Shown here: positions 50,994-64,000 of the stretch, piece by piece
Layout of the letters: each line of letters begins with the position of its first letter
Numbering within the stretch: the first letter of the stretch is position 1
Origin: Paraglomus brasilianum
Lineage: Eukaryota
Length of the DNA: 64,000 nt
Reading direction: 5' to 3'
NCBI GenBank assembly: GCA_910592345.1
Contig: CAJVPI010000012.1
Location: 1 to 64,000 of the forward strand
Program-made: the position numbers and the translations under genes
Notes under the pieces: model-generated
Seen by the model: only the letters and a program-made list of their open reading frames with translations
Database searches by the model: none
What the model was told of the DNA's origin: nothing

Positions 50994-52626
50994 TGATCTA
51001 TGCCACTTGGGGAGGGCTAGATTAACACTGGAGATAGCCAATCAACTGTCACTAGCAAATTTTCCTATGATTAACGGGCTTGCCGTCAATAAAATTATCT
51101 TTCAGTTTTCAGGAGAGAAGTTTGGTTGTTGGTGAATCTCCCTTTTTTTAATGTGATCCCACAACCTGAACCACCAAATTAAAATACAACTCGCTTATGG
51201 GATGGATTCAATTATTATCTTGTTTTTATTACCGCACTTATTAGAATATATGAAAACCACATTTGATACGGCAACATCATAAATGTTGATTTCCTGATTT
51301 ACGGTTTATCTCTTTGTATTTGACACAATAACAAGTGATATTCATCGTGCAACTCACATTATTATAAAAAGGAAAGATGTATGTTCTTTATTAGCAAAAA
51401 AAAGGAGCCGTTGACGGCTACTTGTTATGTGAGTAGTGAAATGGTTTCAGAGGCAACATATTCACATCGTTTACAAAGAGGTAAAGTTTACATTGGATAA
51501 CGCTTTTATAGACAATGATTTGTCATAGTATTACTCCCAACTACAGCACAACCCCGTTGATATATTTCGCGAAACTCGTCTCTGTTATTTTGAGAATAGC
51601 ACTTGTCAAGCAAGCATGTATTCCGGTGAATCTATCGATCTATCACTATTGTTCTGCTGTATATTGCCGTTTTTGCCTTATATTCTAAGACACTTTTTTC
51701 AGTCTCGAGATTGTTACAGCTTATCTATGAATTATAAGAAAAGAGATTATTGATGTATAGTTAGTCATCTACACATTACAAGATCTGAAATGACCTCATT
51801 AACGTTAATATTTCTACCAATAAGAACGGTAGAAGTCTACGCTAGATGAGGCATTGACAAATACTAAATACTAATCAGCTAATTGTTAACAGTGATACTT
51901 ACTTTAGGTTGTAGTGAGGTTAATTACGATCAGATCTTATTGGTACATTCGATTAGAGAGGTTCTGTATTAGAGTATTTATTTCGTGCTGCATTAAAACA
52001 AGTTTATATATTTTCTGTGTGGGTAAAAAACTGTGTACAAAATTGTCAACTACTCACACCTATCATTATATCCCTTCCATTTCTAAACATTACTGTGAGA
52101 TTGGGAGCTGGCCTGATAAGTTCTGCAATGTTTGCTACAGCAAGACAGCAAGAACATTTTATAGTGCAGACATCAACAACAAGACATTGTATACATACGG
52201 CCCAATCTGAAAATATTATAGTCGAAGCATGTGGGAATTTTAGATGTGAAAGAGACGCTGGTGAATAGTTATTTGTTGCCCATTGCAGCATTGTTGCCGT
52301 AGTTGTTGATTATTATTATTATTATAACTATCGCGAGGAACTTTTATTCACAACATTATTAACAAGTAAGAGAATTTTCATTATGTATATCCCATGGTTT
52401 GTGATCAGCCAATTATTTATCTTGATCTATACAACATCCATAAATGGCAATCTCGATCACCGAAACACAGTTCATTGTCTTATGTATATGCAGAATCTGA
52501 GCATCCGTGGTTTGAGAAAGGGTGTCACATTATCAATATTTCAACAAGGACGAAAAAAAAAATCAACCCGAATGTTGTTAACATTATTAGACGTTCATCA
52601 TACCTGGTTCTCTCGAAACTATTACA

Positions 52627-55577
52627 ATGAATAACACTGCGAAAATATTCGTTCAACCTTGTTCATTATCTACGTCTGTCGCATCTAATTTATTCAGTGC
52701 GCACGTATATGTTCCAACGGAAGGCATTTATGCATATCCCCATAAATTACAAGTAGAATTATGGTCCACCCTAACGTCTCCAGACTGGAACGCCGTAGCT
52801 TTCCAGGAAGACACAAAACGACAAGTATTCGGTCGCTCTAATGGCACTAAATTTCGTGTATTCAAGTTAGAATATCCTTTGGATAACATCAAACCTGGAT
52901 GGTATGAGTTTACATATCGCATAAGGACGTCAGCCACACCATATGCCGACTGGACGTGGCTGAATGAGCATGGAGGATGCAACGGTCGATTATACGTGAC
53001 TGGTCAGAGTGATGGACTCGACATTAAATCAAGCGAATTGAGTGATGTGTTTTATGAAGTACAGGCACCAGACGATCAATATAGCGCATCAGATGCGAAG
53101 ATTTGGTACGTTAGAGCAAATGCAGAGTGGAATAATGGACAACCAAGTTACGTCGATTATGGACAGATTAAAAACGCTATCAGATATTTGGGAATACAAC
53201 GAGCAGCGTAAGTTAAATTTTATTATCTCAATTTTAATGATCGGTTTCTTTCCATCGTCCAAGTTATACTCATTCTATTGTTTTCCATAGCACCCATTGG
53301 CTCACACCTTTGACAGGAATCAACCACCCAAACATAAAACACAATGATATCCAGTATCTTCTCGTCCAGCAAGCATCGGGTCATTATGTTGTCTTCATAC
53401 CAATGACACTAGATCACTGTTCTTCGTCTCTGCGGTCAGATGACGAGGGTCGTTTGAAATTGAAAATACTCAACGAGAAGGGAGAAGATAGCAGTATTGG
53501 ATTGGTCATTGGTCGTGGATACGATCCGTACACACTCACTAAGACTTGCATGGAATACGTGAAGAGAATACTCGGGCGTAATTCGGAAACGAAGACGGCG
53601 CATGCCAAAGGACATGAGGAGTTGTTTTACTACGATAAATTGGGTTATTGTACTTGGGATGCGTAAGTACCAGTAATCATGTTTGGTAAGTATGCATACA
53701 ACACATCAGCCTTAACATTGGATTTGCTGTTCTATTCGCTAGTTTTCGCGAAAAGGTGAACAGAGATGATTTATTTGCAGCACTACAATCATTGCAGAAT
53801 GAACACGTCCCAGTAGGATTTGTTATTCTCGATGATGGATGGCAGCAGACATCTCCGGGAAGACAACTAAGAGGATTCGAAGCAGATCTTACCAAGTTTC
53901 CAGGCGGATTAAAAGAATTGGTGACGGTTGCCAAAGAACGATTTCCATCACTGGAACATTTTGGGATATGGTAATGTTCAGCATGTTGTCTAACGTCTCG
54001 TTAGACCAGCAGTTATTTTAGCTTGGCTTCATCTTATTTATGTCTCTACCCTATCTTTTCTTTCCCTAGGCACACTATCTGGGGTTACTGGAATGGCATA
54101 GAACTTCCTTCCAAACTTCCACATCTTTACAAAATGCAATCAGTCACTCTTTCCTCCACAGACATTCATCAGTCAACGACAGCAAGTCTGGTCACTGCTG
54201 AAGACGTTGAACTTTTCTATTCCGACTTTTATTCTTTCCTATCCGCACAGGGCATCAATCTTGTCAAAGTCGATGCGCAAGCTAGTTTCGATCTCATATC
54301 TGCAGAAGGGAGAGAACACCGTTTATTATGGAGAGATTATCAAATCGCTCTAGATAAAAGTTGCAAGGAGCACATGAAGAGGGAACAGATGATTTATTGT
54401 ATGGCAATGGACCCGAAAACAATATTCTTTTTGCTAAAGGGGGACGAAAAAGAGATGAATAATAAAAAATGTCAGAAAGTGCTTAGGTTGGTAAAGATGG
54501 ATTCGACCGTATTATGGTTTACAAACATAAACTACAATTTACACTTCAAATAGGAATAGTGATGATTTCTCGCCCAACTCTGATTCTCACGGATGGCACG
54601 TGTACGTGAACACTCTCAATAACTTATGGACGAGTACGTTTGACATTATTCCAGATTGGTAATAGTTAATTACATATAACGTATTAATATATTTTACCGC
54701 TTATGAGCGACTGAACTCAATTATTTACAATACACTTAGGGACATGTTTCAATCAAACCACGAGTTTGGTGCATTCCATGGTGCATCACGGGCAATAAGT
54801 GGAGGACCCATTTACATTACGGATCCTCCAAATAAACACAATACATCGGTACTTAGAGCACTGATTGCAAAGACAAAGCACTCCCATCGGATTCTCCGGT
54901 GCGACCATCCAGCTCTACCCAGTCCCTCTTGTATATTTGAAGATGTGACGAAGACAGATAGATTACTCAAGACTTCTAATACGAATGGTTCGGTCGGAGT
55001 TCTTGGACTATTTAATTGCAGACCAACGGAACAATTGGATACGTTCAGTTTATCCGATGTTCCGGGCTTGGCAAAGCCACAGACGACTGCTGACGATCAG
55101 AGCAACGATTACGCCCTATTCCTATTTAACGATCGTTCGGTACACCATATCTCCAGTCACCAAAGTCTGTCCATATTTCTTCCTCCAAATTCGTTTGAAC
55201 TAGTGACGTTCGCACCAATCGCTTCCCACAAGTCCTTCCAAATATCTTGCTTCGGCCTCATCGACAAATACAATGGATCACGTGCTATAATAAACGCTGG
55301 TTTTCACACCGATTTCGCCAACATCAGTCATCGAAAAAAGAAGATTCTTGTGTATAGGATAGTATTGGCGGCATATGGCGAGCTGGGTTTATACTTGGAA
55401 TCGCCGAATTTGAGCAGAGGAAGCAGATTTAAGGTTTTCCTGGGAAGTAAAATGATGAAGGAGGGTGATGTTGTATTTGACTATGAAAGTGGGTTCTTGA
55501 AAATTATAATAGATGATGGGAACGCGAATGAGAATGATGCAGAGAGTATTGAAGTGTTTCTACAGATTTTAGTATAA
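52627..55577 (+). CDS. Sip1/raffinose-synthase-like glycoside hydrolase family 36, multi-exon
   Basis: LGYCTWDA, VILDDGWQ, W|HTIWGYWNG, VKVDAQ, RNSDDF, PDW|DMFQS.H..GAFHGASRAISGGPIYITD. Confidence 0.92.
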
Positions 55578-56599
55578 AAAGCTGTAAGACTGTTTGTAGA
55601 GAATGGAGGAATGGTTGATTCTTTCCTACAGCCCTCACTTTTGTAAGGTAAATTACCATCATTAAATCGGCGAACACAGGATTCATTGATCTTGTATCTG
55701 TATGTACAGCATGGCTTTCAAATTGGCGAGAGCAAAGCTATCCCATATCTCTGGCATAATTAGATGGAAATGATAGCATTGTTGGCATTCCATTCTTCAA
55801 CTAAACTCATTTACGTTTTGGATAAATTCTTCCTTCAAACGCTATTTATCCTTGCAGGTTTTTTATTTGGATTATGTAATCTTACTATTTAACAATAAAT
55901 TGCGGCCAGTATTTGCAGTGTCAACGAAATTTTCACATCAACATGGAAAATTAAAGATCGATAATGGAATGTGAATGTTTTTAACACATGAAGAATGATA
56001 TCAGATGCGGGACGAGTAACGTAAACTTAAATCAAGATAAGTCTGGTAACGATGAGGTAATGATTTGGGATTGAAATAGAAGACAAATATGACTAGAAAT
56101 ACGGGATCACGTTTACATGATCGCAATGCAATAAAATGCTGTTCATTAATTATCATGTAGTGCCTGAAATGGAATCTGCTTGCGTATTAAAACAGTATTA
56201 TCTTTTGCTAGTGTAATTAATGGCGTTCTTTGTTAGTTACACGAGAATTATGTTATCTAATAACGCTTTTTGGCATACTGAATATCAATTACGTCTTGAT
56301 GTATTACTCTTAAGACGCGGCGAGAACGATTGTGAGGCACGTGCAAAAACTGTATTATGGAGTTACACCTCATATATACTAATACTAACGCTGTTAATCA
56401 ATACGCCGTAATAGTAATTATAATAGTAAATTAAATTCTAGCCCCTGAAATTTTGCTAGTAGGTATTAATAACAGTAACATTTCAACTTGGCGTTATTGC
56501 CATTTCGAACATGCAAAAATGCATGCGAAGCGAAGATATACTTACCATTCGTATATAGAAAACAGCCCTCAATCAGGGGCCTCTTACAATACGTCCGCC

Positions 56600-59500
56600 A
56601 TGAGCGATTCTCAGTCTGAACTGGTTCCTTACTCGAACGAGTGGACCGTGATCTTGTACGTATTCAAGAATGCATCCATTTACCTTCATATCAAATTGCG
56701 ATTTCATCAAAACATCACTATTCGCACTTTTTCAAAGACGTAATGAGACGTCAGGTCAGATTGTTCTGTACAACCCTTCCGATCGTCAAGTCTCAGTAAG
56801 ACAACTACCTCTTACGAGAACTACTGCTGTCACTTCTCCAAGAGTAAGCTGGATAAATCAAGTTTTTGCGAATTCAAATGGATGCGCTATTAAGTGAGGT
56901 TCTTCTGTTAGTTTTTGACATCATCACAATTTTGCGCATTATGTCATCGACCTTTTGAACGTCATGGATCAGAGGAGAGCAACGAGGTAATGATATTTAT
57001 TTATCTTAGCTTGCTACCGTTACTGCTATCGAATAGCTACTTGTGATCTTAACTCTTGTGATATTTATCCTTTGCTTGCCTCACCACTATGTAGCTTCCT
57101 CGACCAGACTTCATCCACAGAAATTATTTCCGTCTTTTAGAGGACACCGAGAGGCAATCAAGGTATTCGGTCTATTCGAAATTTACAAAGCAGATCCGTC
57201 CGTAGTATTCGCAACACGACTTTCTGTCTTTATAGGCCATCATCTTCAAGTGGACAGCCACCACCGCCTACCCAAGAATATGCTTTCCAGCCTCCCCCCG
57301 ACGATCAGAGGTGGCATTTGTCCGAAAGTTCATTTAATCAGGGGTATTATGAGAGGTTTTTTATTGAAGAACAGAAACTTGGTAGGGGATTTCGCGGGAG
57401 TGTTTATCTTTGTCAGGTTGGATTATTTATATGGAATTCTGTGTGGCTATGGAGATGAGCCAGACGTGATTGAATTTACATGCTCTTTTCTCGTAGCATG
57501 TCCTTGATAATGTACATCTCGGAGAATATGCTGTCAAGAAGGTTGTTGTTGGTAAGTAGGATCTTTGTGAGTTATTACAATAAGCTTAATTTTATTCCCA
57601 TTTAGCGTTCTCTAACAATTAACAATGCTAAAAATTATTGTTACTATCGATTTCTTTATAGGGGATAACCATTCCTGGCTTGTAAGAATGTTACGAGAGG
57701 TCCACTTGCTCGAAAAACTGCACCATCCAAACATTATAGATTACAAACATGCTTGGTTAGAATATCACCAACTCACCAGTTTTGGTACGTTGTGTGTAAT
57801 TTCCTCTATCCTCTGGTAGGTTTCTATGTCCATCCCGATTCAAACCAAGTTACACTTCCCTCATATGCACGTATTCTCTTTTCTTCTTTCACAAGGCCCT
57901 CAAGTACCATGTTTATTTATTCTAATGGAATGCGCAAATGGCGGTAATCTCGAAGAATTCATAAACATTCAAGCGTCACCCATCGACACACATGCACCAA
58001 ATGAGAATCTCACTCCAAGAGAACGAGCTATTCGCGAACGTCGCTTGCGTCAAGCGAGTTTCCTAAATGACGCGCGATCATCTGCCACTCCACGACCGGC
58101 CTATTCTAGACGAATCCTCCAGTTAGATGAAATTTACGCTCTCTTTGTGGACATTTGTGCTGGATTGATGCACCTTCACGATCAAGGCATAGTCCACCGA
58201 GACCTCAAACCGCCGAATCTTCTCCTACACTACTCTAATCCAGCTCACAAAACGGGTATTCCGAGAGTGCTAATATCTGACTTTGGAGAATGTGAGATTC
58301 TCGACCAGTTAACTGAGCGAGATAGAACTGGCGCGACGGGGACTCTGGAATTTATGGCACCTGAGCTTTTGACTGTAGATAGTACTGGAAAATATTTGAA
58401 GGAATATTCGCCAAAGTCAGATATGTGGTCGTTGGGGATTGTACTTTATTACCTTTGCTATTCGCGGTTACCGTATCGACAGATTGAAGACGTGGATCTG
58501 TTGAAGGATGAGATCTTGCACTTCAGGAAGTTAGTAGAGAGAATTATCAAAAATTAGATTAGTTTCTTACTCAAAGGGATCCTTGCTATTGAAATTCGGA
58601 TAAATTACTAACGACGAGTGTTGTTTATCTAAATTAGTGTTCCGTTTCCAGATAGCGACCTATCTACAAGCGCAATTCGTCCAATTCCAGCACAGTTGAA
58701 GGCGCTTATATCAAAGTTACTTGCGATTAATCCAAAGAACAGACCATCTTGTGATGAGATACTAAAATTGGTTGCGGAGGCAAGACACTCTTACGCGGCG
58801 CCAGCAAATAGTGCATACCCGAACGCAGTAAGATTCTTCGTATTTTACTCGAAACAATAAGAAGTTCTTACACGTGACTTATCTCTCATTGCTTCGCTTT
58901 CAGTCACCATCGTCATATGTTGAAGTAGTCAGCTTGTCTCCTCCGCCGTCCACGATACCATTATCTTCTTCCAATGCACCCATTTCGTCTTCACCACCAC
59001 TATGCCAGCACATCCCCTCAACTACGTCTCTCCCAGCACAGTCACTAGTCCAACGACGTCGTACGTCTTCTACAGATGACAGCGTACCATTAACACAACC
59101 AAATGAAGGTATAACAACCGAGTCTCTCAGAAAATTGTAAAGTTACTAAGTTACGTGATGCCCAACATATCATATAAGACTTATCAAAGTATTTCTCTTG
59201 TTGCGCAGATGACGACATCGATGATATCAACGACATCGATGATATCAACGACATCGATGATACAGATCGGATGTCTGATACTTCAACAGCAGTAGTACGG
59301 ATTTTACCACCTGCTACTCGACGAGGAGTTTTTAGTGTTGTGATTGGGAAAATCCTGACGCGTTGTGACTTGTGGAGAATCATTAAAGGATGTATTTTTC
59401 TAGTTAAGGTTAGAATGATGGGTTGTACTGGGACTGGAATTTGAAAGTATACAACTCACTTTCATATATTTGATTAGGTCATAATGTGTTTGTCATGGTG

Positions 59501-59761
59501 CTCGCCATATTCAGTGTTATTATGGGTCTCTTTTCCTACCTTAGTATTGGCTTCGTTTGATTTAATGTCGTAAGTATTGTCTATCTATTTACTATTAAAT
59601 TACTTTCATTTATTGACCGGATGTCTTTAAACATATAAATTTCAAGTCTACCGACTTCGGTCAGTGTCATATTAGCTTTAATCCACATCTTTTTGTGGGT
59701 CACTGCTAGTATTATCGGTGGGTTATGTCAACAGAATGAAGGCAAAACAGAAGTTTACTGA
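56600..59761 (+). CDS. IKS1: Ser/Thr protein kinase, IKS1 family, multi-exon, hydrophobic C-terminus
   Basis: NYFRLL, FNQGYYERFFIEEQKLGRGFRGSV, YAVKKV.VGDNHSWL, CLFILMECANGGNL, HRDLKPPNLLL, RVLISDFGE, GATGTLEFMAPE. ATG at 56600. Confidence 0.88.
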
Positions 59762-59898
59762 ATTGTCAATATGAATTGGACAATGAGCCGTATATTAATT
59801 AATTAACAAAAAATAATTACATGATATGTTGCATTCAAATATGCACTAAATACCGCGTGACTGAATATAAGTTCAACACAACGATTCAATTGAATCGC

Positions 59899-60479
59899 CT
59901 ATTTCTTTTTATCTTTATCAAAATTAGAGTTCTTTATCGTTATCTTTCTCTCCTTTCTTAATGATTTCTTGGAATAAGGATCCTTGTACACTTCAGCCAT
60001 CTTCTCCTCGTCCAACAGTTCCCATAACCACTCTGGGTATTCCTCATCTGGCAATGCTATTGGATCTTTGCCTTTTACCATAAAATTTAGGCCTTTCAGA
60101 ACAGTTCCCGCGGGAACCGAGGATACGGGGCGCTTTTTAGGCTCTAATCGGGTAGACGAAGTTTATGATTAACAGTAAAATTTTGGATTGAAGGTGAACA
60201 AGACGAACATTTTTGTGAGAATGGAAATGACATTGTTAAACTGGTTTCAAAGAATCCTTAAACCCCCGGTAATTGGACTAGTCAAAGACGAAAAGCACCA
60301 AACCGCCAAAATAATTACCAACCTACTCTAAAATTAATATATCAAAGAAAATGATTATGGTCCTAGCCAGCACTGTTACCTGGTTGGGTTGCTGATTGTG
60401 AAACCGATGTCGAGTACCTGGATAGATTACAGAATACGCGAGAAGCAATGAAAGTTGGCCGCGAAAGAATAGTTATCAT
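59899..60479 (-). CDS. MRPL37: mitochondrial ribosomal protein mL54, 2 exons
   Basis: SSVPAGTVLKGLNFMVKGKDPIALPDEEYPEWLWELL...IKNSNF; presequence-like exon 1. Confidence 0.9.
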
Positions 60480-61191
60480 TGTGATTTGAATGATTTTAAC
60501 TTGGTCAATGATTGAAATACATGATTGGGCGAGTATCTAAAATTCCTTTTTGGCGTCAGATCCTTAATATAGTAGTAACCTAGAAATGGCGAAAAAAAGG
60601 GTTGGATCACGTGGAATTTTCGTTACACCGAGTACAACTATCACTTATTCCATATCTGCATTCAAATAACACTAGATTTTTTTCACACCCACGAAAGATC
60701 GTTATTTTATTATCCCTACACTTCATTAATGACATTTGCTTAAGCAATTGCCCTTCACTGGAAGGTTGTCAACTTATCTGGTGATAGACATCATAATACA
60801 ATAATTATTGTGGGGCTATGATTACTTGTCTCACCAGAGGTGTGTTTTCTTCGCATTCGTAGTGTCGATGTTTAGAGACACTTAGACAACTTTATCATAA
60901 GAACGTATAATTAATAAATAAATCGTGTTGTGTACGCAGACTCACCAATGTTTCGGATATATCTAATAGGCAACGGATAGCTTTGATGTGTAAGACCACT
61001 TCGATCTGCTTACGTAGAATATCGATTACAACGGTACACTAATATATGGCAATAGTAAGTACAAATCTGGCTGAATACTAAATGCACGTGCCATAATCTC
61101 AATTCGTCAAGACGATCGTCAGATCTGAGTTTATAAATTTTTTAACTCCGAATAGACCGCTCGGTTGCGCTCGCTGAACATACATAACAAA

Positions 61192-61853
61192 ATGGTACTT
61201 ACCAAGATCACTTTTCGACAGTTATGTCAGATGAGGTTAACTGAATGTTGCGTACTTATATAAAGGCCGCACGATTAATAGCACAGATCATTGTCATGGG
61301 CGTTCAAATCGTTGGAAGAGCTTTCATAGAGGCATCTAAGCAGGCCGCTGCGAGTTTGTATTTATATTCCTACAAATATATGTAATATCTCCCCTGTACA
61401 CCCTCTTTTATCACTGTATTATTTTAATTCTTGAACATTTTACAACTCAGATGCCGCCAGAAATGGTAGTTCGGCCGGTGCGGGACCAGCAGTTAAAGCA
61501 TCAGCAGACGCTCTCACAAGGAAGACTGGCATGACTATTGATGAGGCATGCCAAATATTAAACATAAAGAAAGAGGCAATGGAAGACATGGCGCAAGTGG
61601 CAAAGGTACGCTTGATGTTGATCGTTCAATCGAACGTCAAACAATGGGGGAATTCACCACTTTTTGTGGACTAGTTGGTAGAACTAAACCAAACTTTTAC
61701 TGTCTCTATCAACAGAGTTACGAACACCTATTCAAAGTCAATGATAAATCCACAGGGGGGTCATTCTATTTACAGTGCAAAGTACAGAATGCTAAAGATC
61801 GCATAGAAGCTGAACTGATGGAACGAGCAAAGAAAGACAATAAAGGCAGTTGA
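61192..61853 (+). CDS. PAM16: presequence-translocase motor subunit Pam16/Tim16, 4 exons
   Basis: M|AARLIAQIIVMGVQIVGRAFIEASKQAA..GMTIDEACQILNI..YEHLFKVND...GGSFYLQCKV..AKDRIE.E. Confidence 0.93.
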
Positions 61854-64000
61854 TACTAGTTATGGTCGTGTTTGCTGTTATGCTTTTTCTTGAAGAGCAA
61901 TGCAAATTATCTGAACACTAAAGTAGTTTAATAAAACCGCGTTATCGCTTTAAATGTAGCACCAATTACTAGACAATTAGTCGATAACGTCTTTCTAGAA
62001 TAATCTTTCATAGTTCGCTAAGTTTCTTTTTAATCATGCAACTATTAAAACAAATCAATTATATAAATTAGGAGACTGATGTAAGTAAAGTCCACCACGG
62101 AGTCCAATGTATTCGCTGTCCAGAATTAAGTATCAATGAACACTGACCTCACGTGATGCTGTGTATAGACTTTCCTAACCTCAGTTTTATATTATAAAAA
62201 CTAACAGAATTTTTGTCGACTTTTGTTGTCTCCAGCGAACGAGTTTTTCGCTTTAATATATTAAATAAACAATAGAATGATCACATTACTATTTGACAGT
62301 GTTATTTGCACCCTACGATGGAGTAGTCTTTTTATAATGAGCGTAGCTACTTTTGTTCCTACAACTTGAGCATTGTCATTTGCCAAGCAAAGAGTCATTA
62401 TTTGATAGTTATGTTCTTTAAATACTTTAAACATTCCAAGCATTCTGTATAATCCAAGTACAGTCAGCCTTTCCATTTAGAAGGTTACATTAATAACACT
62501 AGCTTATGATGAAGGGATAAAGACCCGACAACGTAAGATAGAAATTTTAATAGCAGCGACATATTATTATAAATGAAGACTGTAATCTTGGTGTTATTTT
62601 AGTCTAATCCCAATCGTTAACACATTCACACAATGCAAATAAGTCTAATGTCGGATCAATACGCGTGCATATATTATTGATCTTGAGATTTAACTCTTCG
62701 AACAGACCTTTGATTATTTCTATGGTGCAGGTCATCTATAGCTCGAAATAAATTATCTAACTTTCAAAGCCTAAGGCTTTTGTTTAAAGGGAATGGAGAA
62801 AACCTAATCCGTAAGAATGATAGAACAGACAATGCAGAACAAAGTTACGGTTTAAATTTTAAGAAAAAATAGAAATTTCAGACGCACTGTTTTGTGCAGC
62901 TTCTATTATTTCACTATGCCTTGACCAACTAAAAGAAATGCCGCACATAAAAAGTGTCTCGAGATAAAGAGGCAAATTTATTAAAGGAGATGAACTCAAT
63001 TTCATCGATACAGAAGCAAGCACATTGTCACCAATGGAGACGAATTGAATGACGATTCATTAAGCGGGGAAGTAATGTTGGGAGCAGCCAAACGATACTG
63101 TTTTGAAAAGTAATGAATTTTTAAAGACAAGCACGTATTTCCATGGCATATACTGCGCAAATAACGCGGACCTGGATTCCCTCTATCATCATAGTCTCAG
63201 CAAAGTGAAATTTACAAAAGAAATTCCATTTAAATACTACATATTATTCTTTGCACACATTCTTTTTGCAAAGCTTTATTTTAAATCCTCAGGATCTGGC
63301 AAATCTTTTTATTAAGAGCTCGGGTGGGGATTACCAATTCATCAAAATCTGGTCTACAGATTAAGGAATAACTGCTAAACGAAATTATCTTCGACATGAT
63401 GCGAATTTCGCCAATCGCGTAATTTAATTCTTGCTGCTTATCGACAAATTATATGTTATAAATTCAAGATTCAATCAAAGTCTGACACACGAGCAGAAAA
63501 TGCGGCTTCCCTAACATTCCCTGACTGAAATACGTTAGCTGCTGATCACCCAGCGATTCGTCAACTACAAACAAGTTATATTATGTATTCAGTCAACTTA
63601 CAGAATCCAATTATAATCGAACTTGTTTAATTGTTTAGTGTCCTCGAGTGACTCTAAGACACTGAAGCAGTGACAGTGAACCAAACTTATCGCTGCCCTT
63701 TCAATTCATCAATTTGCATTCAGTTAACCAACAATTTCTGCAATTTGTGAAATGTAATTCCTATTCAGTAAATCAGTTTTTTTCGTAATAGCTTCGTACT
63801 ATACTTTTTGTATATGCTAAAATTATCATCCAAAAACGTACGATATTATGAACTCTAATCTCTTATTATCATGATGCATCCAGCAGGACGCAGCTGACAC
63901 TAAAACGGAGAATCTAGTTATTTTATTATGACAAGTCAAACCATCCAAGAGTTGTCTACAGTTCTTATTATTCGGCTTCTTCGGTGCATCAATTATTTAC

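Noticed and set aside
59209..59265. 18-bp tandem repeat (gacatcgatgatatcaac) as a CRISPR-like array
   Set aside because: No spacers; it is a coding repeat (DIDDIN) within an IKS1 exon.
2249..60172. many antisense or overlapping ORFs in the supplied track (e.g. 2249, 14562, 27263, 33556, 52728, 59984)
   Set aside because: They are shadows of real exons on the opposite strand or in another frame.
62200..64000. possible decayed gene at the window end
   Set aside because: Frames are broken by many stops and no family was recognisable.

Overview
Intron-containing fungal nuclear DNA, most likely Mucoromycota. An arbuscular-mycorrhizal (Glomeromycotina)-like host is suggested by the MATA-HMG gene, the coiled-coil 'AENAELKARIAKLEQ' family and the Crinkler-type genes. 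Intact genes reconstructed by hand across introns: arrestin-like, SLU7, a MATA-HMG-box factor, cytochrome-b5/acyl-CoA dehydrogenase, mitochondrial uL11m, TIM9, ASE1/PRC1, a beta-lactamase-family serine hydrolase, JMJD5-like JmjC, Sip1/GH36, IKS1 kinase, mitochondrial mL54 and PAM16. Between them lie a nearly intact mariner element, several pogo/Tc1-type MITEs and decayed Crinkler-type genes. The most striking feature is an AT-rich, intron-less island at about 19.2-22.4 kb whose ORFs read best with TGA=Trp (genetic code 4). This points to DNA from Mycoplasma-related endobacteria (MRE) in the fungal chromosome. The island includes a eukaryote-type Sola-like transposase with TGA at predicted Trp positions, a candidate fungus-to-endobacterium-to-fungus round trip. 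Also notable: an inverted, truncated paralog of the HMG gene whose divergence is almost all synonymous; local copies of IKS1 and acyl-CoA dehydrogenase fragments; and two head-to-head mitoribosome/TIM gene pairs. All family assignments come from motif recognition, not database searches.
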